From the NCBI GenBank assembly GCA_030704615.1, contig CM060732.1, positions 34,968,001 through 35,032,000 on the forward strand: a DNA stretch of 64,000 bases. Direction: 5' to 3'. Both the position numbers and the translations under genes were made by a program. Shown in pieces: positions 48,810 to 60,716 of this stretch. Position 1 is the first letter of the stretch, and every line of letters begins with the position of its first letter. The notes beneath the pieces are model-generated. The model was not told the origin of the DNA, did not search any database, and saw nothing but the letters and a program-made list of their open reading frames with translations. The stretch is from Takakia lepidozioides. Its lineage: Eukaryota; Plantae; Bryophyta.

Positions 48810-51800
48810 ATGGCAGAGACACGAAACGAAAGAGCAGAGCTTTTCTCTTGAAAATGCTTGCAAGCCCGCAGGCTTACAAGAGATTACCCATAGCTTTCTG
48901 CGGCAACCATACGTTTCTGCTTTGTGCACTACAGGCATTCCTGCAGTTGTTACAGCCAAAGCAGTTCTGTGAGTCTAAGATGAAGAGAGTGAGTGAGGAA
49001 TGGAGGAAATCAGGGTGAAGAGCACCACAATTCTGCAGAAACAAACGATGGCTACCCACAGGCGATAAAGATACTGAAGGAGCTGAGATTGGAAGGATTG
49101 CAAAGCATGGATTGGACACTACACCATAGACAGTACATGTTACAATTTTTGCAGAACTTTGAGCCAAAGACAGGAACAACAACGGTGAAGGGAGTTGAAT
49201 TAATGATTACTCCCCTATACCTCCAGCAATTGTTTCGATTGCCAGCAGGTCATGTGTATGTGGAGGAACACAGGGAAAGACTGCAAATAGGGGATTTATT
49301 CCAAGAAGGGAGTTTCTTTAAAACTCAGGGTTATGCTTGTACCAAAGCTGTGTACCCAGGGTTAAAAGACATAGGCCAAGTATTGAACGTTCTGATTGCC
49401 TGAAACAGAACCAACAATATTTGAGCAGATCCTTCACAGAGGAAATCCTCAAAGGCTTGAAGGGACAAGAGGTACCATGGGCGGACATAATGTACAACGC
49501 ACTGGTAGAGGAGATGAAAAGATTACAAGGTACTACCGCAAAATCTCCTATCATAGTGTCTGGCCCAATCATTGCTCAAATAATCCTTAGTTCGGCATAC
49601 TTAATGCACAAGAAAGGAAGGAAATGGGAGTGTTTGAGCCAGAAACAACTGCAATGGAAGAGCAAGGCTCTTCACACAGTGAGGGTGGACTAGCAGGCAC
49701 AACCCGAGACTAAGAGGCAGAGAAGGGGAAAGACTGTAGTGGCGGATCCACTGGCTTCACGGATTCCGCATGATAATGTTTCCCAAGCTCATGACCAGGA
49801 AGGGGCACAGCAGCACAAAAGAATGTTATTACTGGAAGCAGGACCTTCAGAGAGGGAGGAAAGAAGTTACTTCTGCATCACAACCAACACAGCCACTTGA
49901 ACGACTTGTCACAAGGTCACAAGTTATCCATGCAGCTCAACCCGAAATAATTGATTTGGAAAGTGAAGGGATAGATATTCCAACTACAGAACAGATAGTG
50001 GCAGAAATAGAGAAAGGGACCTTCTCTATGAATATTCTGGTCTGGTCAAGCAGACAGAAATCCCAGAGTGCAACAGTTGCCCAAAAGAGAAATCCTGAGG
50101 TACATATAATGCACACACCTGTGTCGGAGGTACCACAGGCGGAAAGGCCATGACACTGTAGCACCGGTCATAAATGAAGTAGTAGCAACGGTCATAAATG
50201 AAGTAGTTCAGAAGAAAATCCGGGTGGGGACAATGGTCTGAGGGTTAGTGAGACATCATACTGTTGAAGATCGGAGAGGAACAGCAGCAACCTCACCATG
50301 ATGACCTCAACAGGCAATGCTGATGAGTTCCATAGGCAGGACACTTAATTTGTTGGGGACTTATGTCAAAACCCATGTTCCAATTACCCAATTGACAGCC
50401 TTGAAAGAAGAACTCAGGAAGGAGTTTGAGGCTCGACTTGCCACTGAGTGTGCAAACAAGGTCGATGAAGAGGTCACTCTCAAGATGAAGCAGGACTTGG
50501 CCAATACAGAAATGGCTTTGCAATGGCCAAGCAACAATTGATTGAGGCAGGCCTCGCGCAAAGACCAGTTGCACGAAGCACATAAGCAACAGCTATACCA
50601 AATGCAGGTGCAGCATGAAAGCAAGTTGCAAGAACTGAATGCACTACATACGGAGTTGCAGACAGTGCATAACAGGATGGCGATACAATGCGCTACATTT
50701 ACAACTATGCTTGACCAATCAACAAAAGAAATAAACAGTCAAGCGGAAAAATGTACGAAGGCAGAAGAAGAGAATGTGGAGCACATGAAGCTCATTGTCG
50801 ATATGAAGAATACAATCTGTCGCAATGAAGATACTCTCAAGCAATACAGGCAGATGGAAGCTGAGAATGAGAAATACATCGTGGAGTTGCAACAAACCAT
50901 CGTGGCCAATAGAAATGAAATCGCGGTCAGTAACAAGGCTTCGAAAGAAGCCAATAATCTACTTGCTGCCTATGCGCAATTGGTTGAGCCACAGGCGAAG
51001 CGCATGAAGGATTTACAACAGCAGTTGGAATTGTATAAGCTAAGAGAGGAGCAAACTCTCAGGGGAACCACAAGCAGCTTGGTGGATAACAGCCTTATGC
51101 AGGTCTGGTGAGCACAAGGGCCAGTAGAGGGCAAAGCCCACGGAAGCTCACCCAAAGCGAGATGAATGAGCTTAGACTGCAGGTGCAGAACATTGCCACA
51201 ACTACTATAGACAATGTCTATAGTAGGATAGCAGAGTTACAAGAGGATGTAGACGGACTCCAGACTCAAGTGGAAGACCTCACTTCAAACATCGACCAAA
51301 GAGTCTATATCCCTCAGGAACAGCTAATGGCTTCTTATTTGCAAGCCAGAACTCTGGCTTTTCAGTCTTCACAGGAGGTGCAGGAGATGCTAATGGTACA
51401 GGAACAGTACCACCACCACCACAACAGGTCAGTGTACCAGTAGCTGAACCTGTGGTTACTACAACCACACCACAGCCACCACAGCCGGAGGTATGGGGCA
51501 ATGCCAGCTTTTAACCCACCTAAAACTCCAGCTGCCAGGGAGTACAGTAGGGCTATGATTATGCCCTTCAACCAAATTCCCATCATTGGATTTGGCTTGG
51601 AAAGAATTTAGTCCTCCGCAGTCATTCGCACATTACTACCAAATCATGCGTATTTGGCTGCCAGTGGCAACCAGGACTAAAGTTCTTCCAAACAATCGAC
51701 ATATTGAAGATCATCACTTTGCACAATACTGGCACGAGGCAGGTACCATGTTGAGGGAATTGGTTGCTTTCCAGGTTGTACATGGACTCATTTATACCAA

Positions 51801-52551
51801 GACCAAGGAGATAGCAAGTATTGTCATGGGGTGCGGGCTATACTACGCTGCTTGTTTTCTGATACGTTACCACATAGAGCAACAAAAGATGCAAGCACGC
51901 TTTCAAAGTTACTCCAGTGGAGATCATTGGGTATTACCTTCGGTGCCACCTCATATGTACCTATATGACCCAAAAGTTATGATACAGAAGGATTCTCAAA
52001 TTCGTTCATGGTTTCAAGCAGCTTGCAACAATTTGTCAACACAGAAATTCGGACTTGATGACATTTTCTATAAGGGACATATCGCATGGAAATACTTGCA
52101 CGCTGCACCAGTAATTGGTACCCACTCATCTGGACAGACAAGGAGCTCAGTGTCTACACCAATTTTGCTGTTCAACGTTACACCAGGTTGTAAAATGCAA
52201 ACTTCCAGACATGGTAGGACAGCATTGTATGCCCCAGATGATTCCACAAAAAGTTCGAAAATTAAAACACCTGAAGGCGATGAGGATTCTGATACAACTG
52301 TTTCTTCACAGAATTCTTTTGACATGGGAGAAGACTATGCAATTCAGATGGAAGAGAAGAAACAAAGGGGATCTCCTATGCCGGAAAGATTACCTCGATA
52401 TCAGCCTCCAGAAGGCCTCACTTATCCAGGTAGTGATCAACCATCTCCATCAACCAGAGACAGACCTCGGGCTCGTACACACAGCCCACCACGAAACTCT
52501 CAACGTCAACAAGGTGCTCACTCACAAAGGTTTGCTACTCGGAAACAGTAA
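48810..52551 (+). pseudogene. Large sense accessory ORF 3' of pol: plant-mobile-domain/Transposase_32-like N-terminus, coiled coil, unknown C-terminal domain
   Basis: QFLQNFEPKTGTTTVKGVELMITPLYLQQLFRLP. Long heptad region at 50320-51400. Trp/Tyr-rich domain at 51586-52100. Broken by a few frameshifts. Confidence 0.7.
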
Positions 52552-52572
52552 ACCGTGAGGACACGGCTTTTT

Positions 52573-52588
52573 GAGGGGGGAAGGGTAA
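52573..52588 (+). other. Polypurine tract
   Basis: GAGGGGGGAAGGGTAA directly before the LTR TG. Confidence 0.85.
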
Positions 52589-53647
52589 TGTTAGAGGACT
52601 GTAGGGGACTTAGACACTTATACGGGATCTGTAGGGTACCCTTAATTTTTGCACAGACTGAGACAAACAGGAACCTTAGGGGTGACAGCAGCGCACTGTA
52701 GAGGGGGGTTACATAGCCCACACAGCCAACACAGCCCGTCACAGCAGTCACAGCCCACACAGCCAACACAGCCCGTCACAGTCGTCACAACCCACACAGC
52801 CCACACAGCCCGTCACAGTCGTCACAGCCCACACAGCCCACACAGCCGTCACAGCCCACACAGCCCGTCACAGTCGTCACAGCCCACACAGCCCACACAG
52901 CCGTCACAGCCCACACAGCCCGTCACAGTCGTCACAGCCCACACAGCCAGTCACAGCCCGGCACAGCCACACAGCCAGTCACAGCCCGACACAGCCAAAC
53001 ACAGCCAGTCACCGCTTGACACAGCTGTCACGATAATAGGGAACGAAGAGTAGGACAGGGAACGACTGTGGGGAACAACACCTGTGAAGGGAACATGTTA
53101 ATTCACATACGACGGTTAGAGAGGAAACGGTTAGAACCGCGGATAGGAGGATAAAGGGAAGAACGGGGAATGATACGGGGATGATCATTATTCGGGAGGA
53201 CTTCGGAGACAGGCGGGAGCGGAGATCGGAGAGCACGATGAAGGAGAAAAGAGGATTAGTAGATGCTTGTTATATGCAAAGCTATAGTGATATAGGAAAG
53301 AAGAATAGAGACACAATGGCTTCGGCCTGATACCTGATAAATCATAATCTGATACTTATACGATACAATCACACTGTGTAGAGAGATCTGAGTGAAGCTG
53401 TGGATTGAATGGAGGAGTTAAGGAAACCGATAAATTGATGAAGCAAACTGATACTTAATTATCAATGGTAAGGTAGCTAAGATAAATGCGGAAAAGGAAA
53501 CAAATAGGAAACACCCCCATGATACACTAGCTGTAGGTCATGACTGATTGTTCTGCGCGGGCTGAGTACTTAGAGATTTCCAACTCTTCTATCTTGGAGT
53601 TTCCGCCTCGGATAGCGAAGGGATGGGTGAGTAAAAGCCGCGCGACA
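52589..53647 (+). repeat. 3' LTR of Gypsy family A (1059 bp)
   Basis: TGTTAGAGG...CGCGACA. CACAGCC microsatellite at 52712-53010. Confidence 0.95.
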
Positions 53648-56600
53648 GGGTAATATGTTGTACTCTTTCTATGCACAATCATAAACTCTTTAGTCAACAA
53701 CTCAATGGTCGCATTCATGAAGTGACTTCCTTGATCACTGATAAATTCTAAGGGACAGCCAAATCGTGTAAGTATGTTCTCGTACAGGAACCTTGCTGTG
53801 GACTTGGCTGTGTTGTCCCTCAAAGCTTTAGCTTCCACCCACTTTGTAGTATAATCAGTGGCTGTAATTATGTACCTGTTCCGTGTATTCTTGGATGGTG
53901 GGTTAATTGGTCCAACAAAGTCTAGTCCCCATTTCTGAAATGGTTCCGTAGGCATTGTAGGATGCAAGGCCATCCTTCCAGATCTCTGCAAAGGTCCTAG
54001 CCTCTGACATTCATCACACTTCTGACAATACTCGTGTACATCTTTGAACAAAGTAGGCCACCAGTATCCTGCGAGTAGTATCTTTCTACTGGTAGTCTCT
54101 TCTCCAAAATGACCTCCAGCCACTCCTTTATGAACTTCCGCCAAAACTTTATTTACTTCATGGTGGTACAAGCATCGTTTTAGTACTCCATCAGGTCCTA
54201 ACTTATACATTCTGCTTCCTACCATAGTATAAGGTAAAGCTTTGATAGCAATTCTCTTCCTCTGCTCCTTACCATAACTAGGTGGGTACTGACCATGAGC
54301 AAGGTAGTATCTGATTGGCCACTGCCAATCTAACCAGTCATCTGCACTTCCCTGCACCTCCACTGCAAAGAGACTCGCATCTGGTAATTGATCATCTATT
54401 CCTGTGGCTGGTTCTCATGTTGACAATCGTGACAAATGATCCGCCACAAGATGCAGTCTCCCAGGCTTGTAAACAACCTCGAACTCAAACTCGTGCAAGA
54501 TTATCAACCATCTTGCTATTCTTCCGCTTATCAGAGGTTTGTTTACCAGGTATATCAGAGCCTGGTGATCCACATAGAACATAAACTTCTTGCCCAACAG
54601 GTAATGCCTGAATTTCTTCACTGCATAGATCATTGCCAATGCTTCTCTTTCCGTTGTGCTATAGTTCCTCTCAGCACTGTTCATCAACCGGCTAGCATAG
54701 TACACAGGTGAATCTATATTCCCTGTAACATTCTGGGCTAACACCGTTCCCAACGCTTCTCCTGATGCATCGCAGTGAACATGGAATACTACATGCCAGT
54801 GAGGGTTAATCAGCACAGGTGTAGTTGTTACTGACAGTGTAAGTTCCTCAAATGCCTGTTGACATTCAGCTGTCCAGGCAAACACTGCATCTTTCTTCAG
54901 TAGTTTGCTCAATGGTGCTGCTATTTGTGCATACCTTTGACAAATCTCCTGTAATAACTGGTTTGCCCAAGGAATCTTCGTAGACTTTTAACATTCACTG
55001 GTGGTGGAGAGGCTTTAATGGACTCTGTCTTTCTGGGATCCACAAGGAGTCCCTTCTTACACACAATGTGTCCCAGAAGCACCCCTGAGTTCACACAGAA
55101 AGTACACTTCTCTGGATTCAGGCCCAGACCTCTCATCCTGCATCTGGCCAAACATAACTCCAATTTATGCAAGTGCTCACTCTTAGAGCTGTACACACTG
55201 AAATCATCCAAGAATACCTGCATGAAATCATCCAGATACTCATGAAAAGATTCACTTATCACTCTCTGAAAGGTCGCTGGTGCATTACAAAGTCCAAAGG
55301 GCATGACTTTGTATGCATAAGCCCCCCAGTCTGTGATGAAAGCTGTTTTCCCTTGGTCTTCTTCTGCCACTTGCACTTGATTATAACCACTGAAGCCATC
55401 CATGAATGAGTACATCTCATGGCCTGCCACAGTGTCTAATACTGCTTCTGTGAATGGCAAAGGGAAAGGATCTTTCTTCGTACAAGCATTCAGCTTCTTA
55501 TAGTTCACACATACTCTTAGTTTGCCATTCTTCTTGGGAACTATTACAATGGGTGACAACCAAGTTGTATACTCTATTGGGTATATAAACTTAGCCTCAG
55601 CCAACTTCTTTATCTCTTCTCCAACCTTCTGTGCGTAGTTGGGATTCATTCTATACCTCGCCTGCTTGATTGGTACTGACCCTGGTTCCAGTTCAATCTT
55701 ATGTTGACAGACTTCAGGTGGTATCCCTTTTAGATCCACATAGCTCCAAGCAAATACATCTCTGTATTTGATGAACAAGCTTTTAGCTTCTTCGAAGAAT
55801 TCCGGCTCCAAATCAGCTCCTACTTTCACCATCCTCGGTTCCTCTTTAGTTCCCACATTTACTTCTCTCACCTGCTCATCAGCTGTGATTGTCCAACCAG
55901 TCACCACTTCATCTTGTAAGCTCACAGTGGCTGGTTCTTCTAGGATTTCTATTTCTCCTTCTCTTTCTTCATAGAAATGTGATGGGTAAATGCTGGTTTC
56001 CTCTTCAGTTGGTGTGGCTGTCACTACACCAAAGCAGATACCTCTCAAACAACTTAGGCTTTCCAGCCGCATCTCTGCAACCTGCTCCCACTCTGGGTGT
56101 GCAGCAAATAGGGTAGCTTCCTGCTCCTCATCCAGTCCTCCTCTCCAGTCATACTCTCTGACTCCTCGAGGTCTTCTTGTAACAGGTAATCTACTAGATT
56201 TCTTTGTGGTAATTTGTATCTCGTGTATCCCATTATGCACGGTTAGTAACTGAGAATTCCAGTCATGGAATACCCTGGCCTGTTTCAGCCACGGACGTCC
56301 CAATAATAAGGAGTAAGCCTCCATGACTTCATCCATTTTTAATACAGTTACTGTGATCATAAAGATCATTTTCTGTATCTGTATCTTAACTCCTCTTATT
56401 AATCCCAATGGCTGCACACTTCTTTGATCTGCCATTGTTACTGTAAATGGGGCTGGTTTCATGTTAGTTAGACCAAGCTTCTTCCTTAATTGGTCTGTCA
56501 TGATATTTACTCCAGAACCACCATCTATCAGTACATCAGTTAGTTCTGTGCTTCCAATTCTCAATTGGATTACTGGCATAGAATCATCAAAGTCCATGAC

Positions 56601-57125
56601 TGGTTCTCGCCCTTCCAGCTTCACATTATAACTGGTCACCTTGCTGTTCAGGTCTGTGTTTCCTGTCTCTTGGGCAATTCGATTGATTGCTTGATACAGC
56701 CTGTGCCTACAATAAGGTGCCACAGCTAATAGCTGTCCAATGGTAATTTCTGCTTTGGTCTGACATATTACTTCAGCCAAAGTCTCTTCATTACTTTGCA
56801 TGTCTGCATCTTCTTTTTTCCTTTCTTCCTCACTCCCTTCTTTTTCTCCATCCGAATCAGAGGAATCTGCCACAGGAATATCAGTACTCTTTTGCATTTC
56901 CCTTATAGTATCTGCCACTTCCTTGTGCAGTTCCTTCTCATCTTTCCAAGTCTCTTCATCTTCAGGCATATCATTGCCACTTCCAGTCTCATCTTCTTCC
57001 TCTTCTACTGGAGGTATTAGTTTGGCTTTACTTCTTGTTACTATCATTGTACTTATTTCTGGTACAACACATGGCCTAACCATGTGAGCTGCCACCACTG
57101 GGCCCTCATTCACAGGAGCTCTCAT
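53648..57125 (-). CDS. pol: Gypsy pol (PR-RT-RNaseH-INT), near-intact, integrase cut at 53648
   Basis: LIDGGSGVN (protease). KKDPFPLPF, MDGFSGYNQ, MPFGLCNAPATFQR, VFLDD (RT). CDASG, NYSTTERE (RH). GHFG..CDEC, WGLDF, SDQGSHF (INT). Two apparent 1-bp frameshifts. Confidence 0.95.
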
Positions 57126-58623
57126 CTCATTCTGGTGTCTTATCCAGAATGAACAGGCTGCCTTGCGATGTCCTGGCTGATTACAATAGTAACATAGCTC
57201 TTCACCATTTGGTCCTCGCCCTTGGTCTGTTCTTGGATTATTTCTATAATCCTGATTCCCGGGCTGGTAATTCCCCTTGGATTACCCTGATAATTGCCTC
57301 TGGAATTTCCTTGGTAATTCCCTCTTGAATTACCTCTCCCTTCCATGCCATTGTTATAACCACCAGACCTACCATAGTGGTCCTGATCATTGTTTCTTCT
57401 TGGCTGGGGCTGCACCTGATGCACCCTTACTTGCCTAGGTTCTCTGGCAGCTGTCCTTCTGTTGTAGTAACAATTCTCAGTAGAATGGTTATCCATTTTA
57501 CAGATAGTACAGTGTTTCTCCTTCATGTGGCATTCTGTGGTGGTATGGCCTTCATTCTGGCACTTTGCACACCATACACCCTTCCTCCAATGTGTTGCAG
57601 CCTCTGTGGCATACTTCTTCAAGATTTCTTCCAATTTTTTTTCATAGTTATCCCTCTTCAACTTCTCCTTTCTCTTACTCTTTCTTTTTAGTTCTTGCTC
57701 TTCTTCTTCATCTGACTCATCCTCAGAGTCCTCATCTTCTTTTTTCTCTCTCCTGAGCATTCCCAATTGCTCAATTCTGTTCGCAGTTTCAAATGCCTCC
57801 TCCACTGTATTATGGGGTAACATATCCACTTTCTTTTGCAACTCTAGTCTTAGTCCACTCACAAACCAAGTCTTCTGTAAACCGGGCGCTGGTACTGCAG
57901 CATCAATTCCATCTTCTCCATATACTCTTCAATAGTTTCATGCTTCTTCTGCTTCAGCTGTTGTAAACTTCCATACACTTCATCCTCAGTTTTACTTGTT
58001 CTGAACCTATTTCGAAATGCTGTATTCAAGCCATTCCAGGTTAGGAAATGATTATCAGGGAATCTTGCATACCATTCACTTGCTTTCTTGATAAGTGAAC
58101 AAGGAAACAGTCTCATCTTGGCATCATCGCCATTCTCATTGTTCACTATACACATGTGCTCAAATTGGCTAATGTGTACATCGGGATCCCCTTTTCCTGA
58201 ATATATTGGAAAGGGTGGTTTTGCCCGTGTTGGTTGTAACGCCATCTGTGGCCCTACCTTCTGCCCACTGACAGGTGCTGGCACCCTTGCTGGTGCTGGT
58301 CCTTCTGGACCTGTTGTTTTTGTGGTGGATCTTCCACCAAGTGGTGGCCCTTGAGCACTCCTTGCTTCTGGCCCCACGATATTCACAGTATTCCCAGCTT
58401 CAGTTGCACTACTTCCCACACTCCCTGTCCCCCCAGAGCCAGATCCAGGCAGCCCGCCTGATCCCCCTGAGCCGACACCTTCGTTGGCCTGTGATCCAAG
58501 TGCTCCACTTGATCCAGGTCCAACGGGTTGGGATGTCCTGGTTGTAGTCTCAACCTCAGCTGTTGGGTCTACTTCTTCATATTCTTCCTCTTCTAATTTC
58601 TTCTCTCTGTTTTCATCCTCCAA
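57126..58623 (-). CDS. gag: Gypsy gag with zinc knuckles (few frameshifts)
   Basis: FPIYSGKGDPDVHISQFE..RLFPCSLIKKASEWY..TWNGL..F..RF; CAKCQNEGHTTTEC, CTICKMDNHSTENC. Confidence 0.9.
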
Positions 58624-59650
58624 GTTCTACCCTTGGGTTTCTTCTTCACTCATGTAACTCAACTGTAATGGTGTTGGAGAGTCTGAACTCTCCGTTGGCT
58701 CTGCCACATCCTCTTCTCCTTCTTCACCTTCTGCTTCAGAAACTGGAGTTCCTGCTTTTGGTGTTCCATGCCAACTCTTATCAAAGATTTCTGTCAAGTC
58801 TTTTATCCAAGGATGTACCTCAGATCTTTCACCTCATGATTGATCTTCTTCCTGTACCAATTCCCTTAATCTTTCTTGCAAAGAAACAGAAGGAGTGGCA
58901 TCCAACTCTAGTTCTTCCGGTATAGGTGATGCACTCTTTGATCTTGATGGTGTGAGAGGTCCAGATGATTCCCCTATGTCTATTCCTCTCTCCCAAAGAT
59001 ATGGATAATTAGCTTTCAGATAGCTTTCTCTTTTTGCTGAATATCTCTGTCGTCTAGCTTCTCTTTCATCACTCATGTCCCATGTCATTCATTTCTTTTA
59101 ATGTGGCAATAACCAAAACTCTCTTCTGTAATATCTCTCGTATATGCCTGGGTTTCTTTCAAGCTTCAATGCACCCTTGGCTATACTTGAAGTCTCTGTT
59201 ACCATATAACCATATGGCAAACAAGTCTGAAAAGCTGTTCTTGGTGTGAGTTTGATCCACAAAATATCCTTTGGAATCCAATTCTTTACCAGTACAAGCT
59301 CTTCATGCATATGAGTATAAACATTCACCTTTCTTTCTTCCCAGCCTTCAAACTCTATTCGTTTAATGGATAGCAATGCTATCACATAAACCAATGTTGG
59401 TAACCAACGTGCTCTTCCTCTACAGGCTACCTGATAAATCTTTATCACTCCTTTCTCCAGACCCCATTCTGGATCAGCATCATGCACTCGTTTAAGAATA
59501 TTTTCTTTACAACCGTCTGGCAATTCCAAGAACCTTTGAAAGAATTGTTTGGACAATCTTTCTTCCTTCGTTCCACAGGGAATTTGATTCACTTCAAATT
59601 CTTTAATGGTCCAACCACCATGATCCCACCAGATGCCTGTCACATCTGGT
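58624..59650 (-). CDS. Extra 5' ORF / N-terminal extension upstream of gag
   Basis: About 330 codons of Trp-rich coding sequence (ORFs 59098-59793 and 58834-59088), conserved in the plus copy at 40450-41400. Confidence 0.65.
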
Positions 59651-59661
59651 TGTTCATGTCC

Positions 59662-59685
59662 CAGGTCCCCAGTATGGTCGCCAAA
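59662..59685 (-). other. Primer-binding site TTTGGCGACCATACTGGGGACCTG (tRNA-Arg type)
   Basis: Immediately inside the 5' LTR. Resembles the TGGCGAC..ACTGGGGA PBS of Tat/Ogre elements. Confidence 0.85.
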
Positions 59686-60716
59686 TGTCGCGCGGCTTTT
59701 ACTCACCCATCCCTTCGCTATTCGAGGCGGAAACTCCAAGATTGAAGAGTTGGAAATCTCTAAGTACTCAGCCCGCGCAGAACAATCAGTCATGACCTAC
59801 AGCTAGTGTATCATGGGGGTGTTTCCTATTTGTTTCCCTTTTGGTATTCATGTTAGCTATCTTACCATTGATAATTAAGTATCAGTTTGCTTTATCAATC
59901 TATTGGATTCCATCAGCTCATCCATTCATTTCACAGCTTCACTCAGATCTCTCTACACAGTGTGATTGTATCGTAAAAGTATCCGATTATGATTTATCAG
60001 GTATCAGGCCGAAGCCATTGTGTCTCTAATCTACTCCACAATATCATTACAGCCTTGCATTTATCAAGCATCTACTCCTCATCTCTCTATCTTTACTTCC
60101 GTTCTTCATCTCTGCCCGATCCCCTCTCCTCTATCACCAAGAAGTCCTCCTCCGAATCATGTCCCTCAATTCCCCGTTTCTCCCTTTATCTTCCTATCCG
60201 CGGTTCTAACCGTTTCCCTCACTAACCGTCGTCTGTGAACTAATATGTTCCCTTTGCAGGTGTTGTTCCCCACAGTCGTTCCCTGTCCTACTCTTCGTTC
60301 CCTATGATCGTGACAGCTGTGTCAAGCTGTGACTGGCTGTGACTGGCTGTGCGACTGTGTTTGGCTGTGTCGGGCTGTGACTGGCTGTGTGGCTGTGCCG
60401 GGCTGTGTCGGCTGTGTCGGCTGTGTCTGCTGTGACGACTGTGACGGGCTGTGTTGGCTGTGTCGGCTGTGACGACTGTGACGGGCTGTGTTGGCTGTGA
60501 CGACTGTGACGGGCTGTGTCGGCTGTGACGACTGTGACTGGCTGTGCGACTGTGTTTGGCTGTGTCGGGCTGTGACGACTGTGACGGGCTGTGTAACCCC
60601 CCTCTACAGTGCGCTGCTGTCACCCCTAAGGCTCCTGTTGGTCTCAGTCTGTGCAAAAATTAAGGGTACCCTACAGATCCCGTATAAGTGTCTAAGTCCC
60701 CGACAGTCCTCTAACA
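59686..60716 (-). repeat. 5' LTR of Gypsy family A (1031 bp)
   Basis: TG..CA ends, adjacent PBS, near-identical to 10296-11313. Confidence 0.95.

Larger units (their letters stand above)
40410..53647 (+). mobile_element. Gypsy family A copy lacking its 5' LTR; begins inside the PBS
   Basis: CGACCATACTGGGGACCTG at 40410. Colinear with the minus copy through ORF1-gag-PR and integrase. Followed by a 3' ORF, PPT and LTR. Spans an assembly gap. Confidence 0.9.

Noticed and set aside
52649-53053. His/Ser/Pro-rich ORFs in the LTRs (also 60288-60656 and 10884-11117)
   Set aside because: Translations of the CACAGCC microsatellite. The frames are not conserved between LTR copies.
10296-60716. LTRs at 10296 and 59686 as the two ends of one 50-kb element
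   Set aside because: There is no PPT inside the left LTR, the flanks GCAAA and AGGCA are not a TSD, and the left LTR has a PBS remnant on its outer side.
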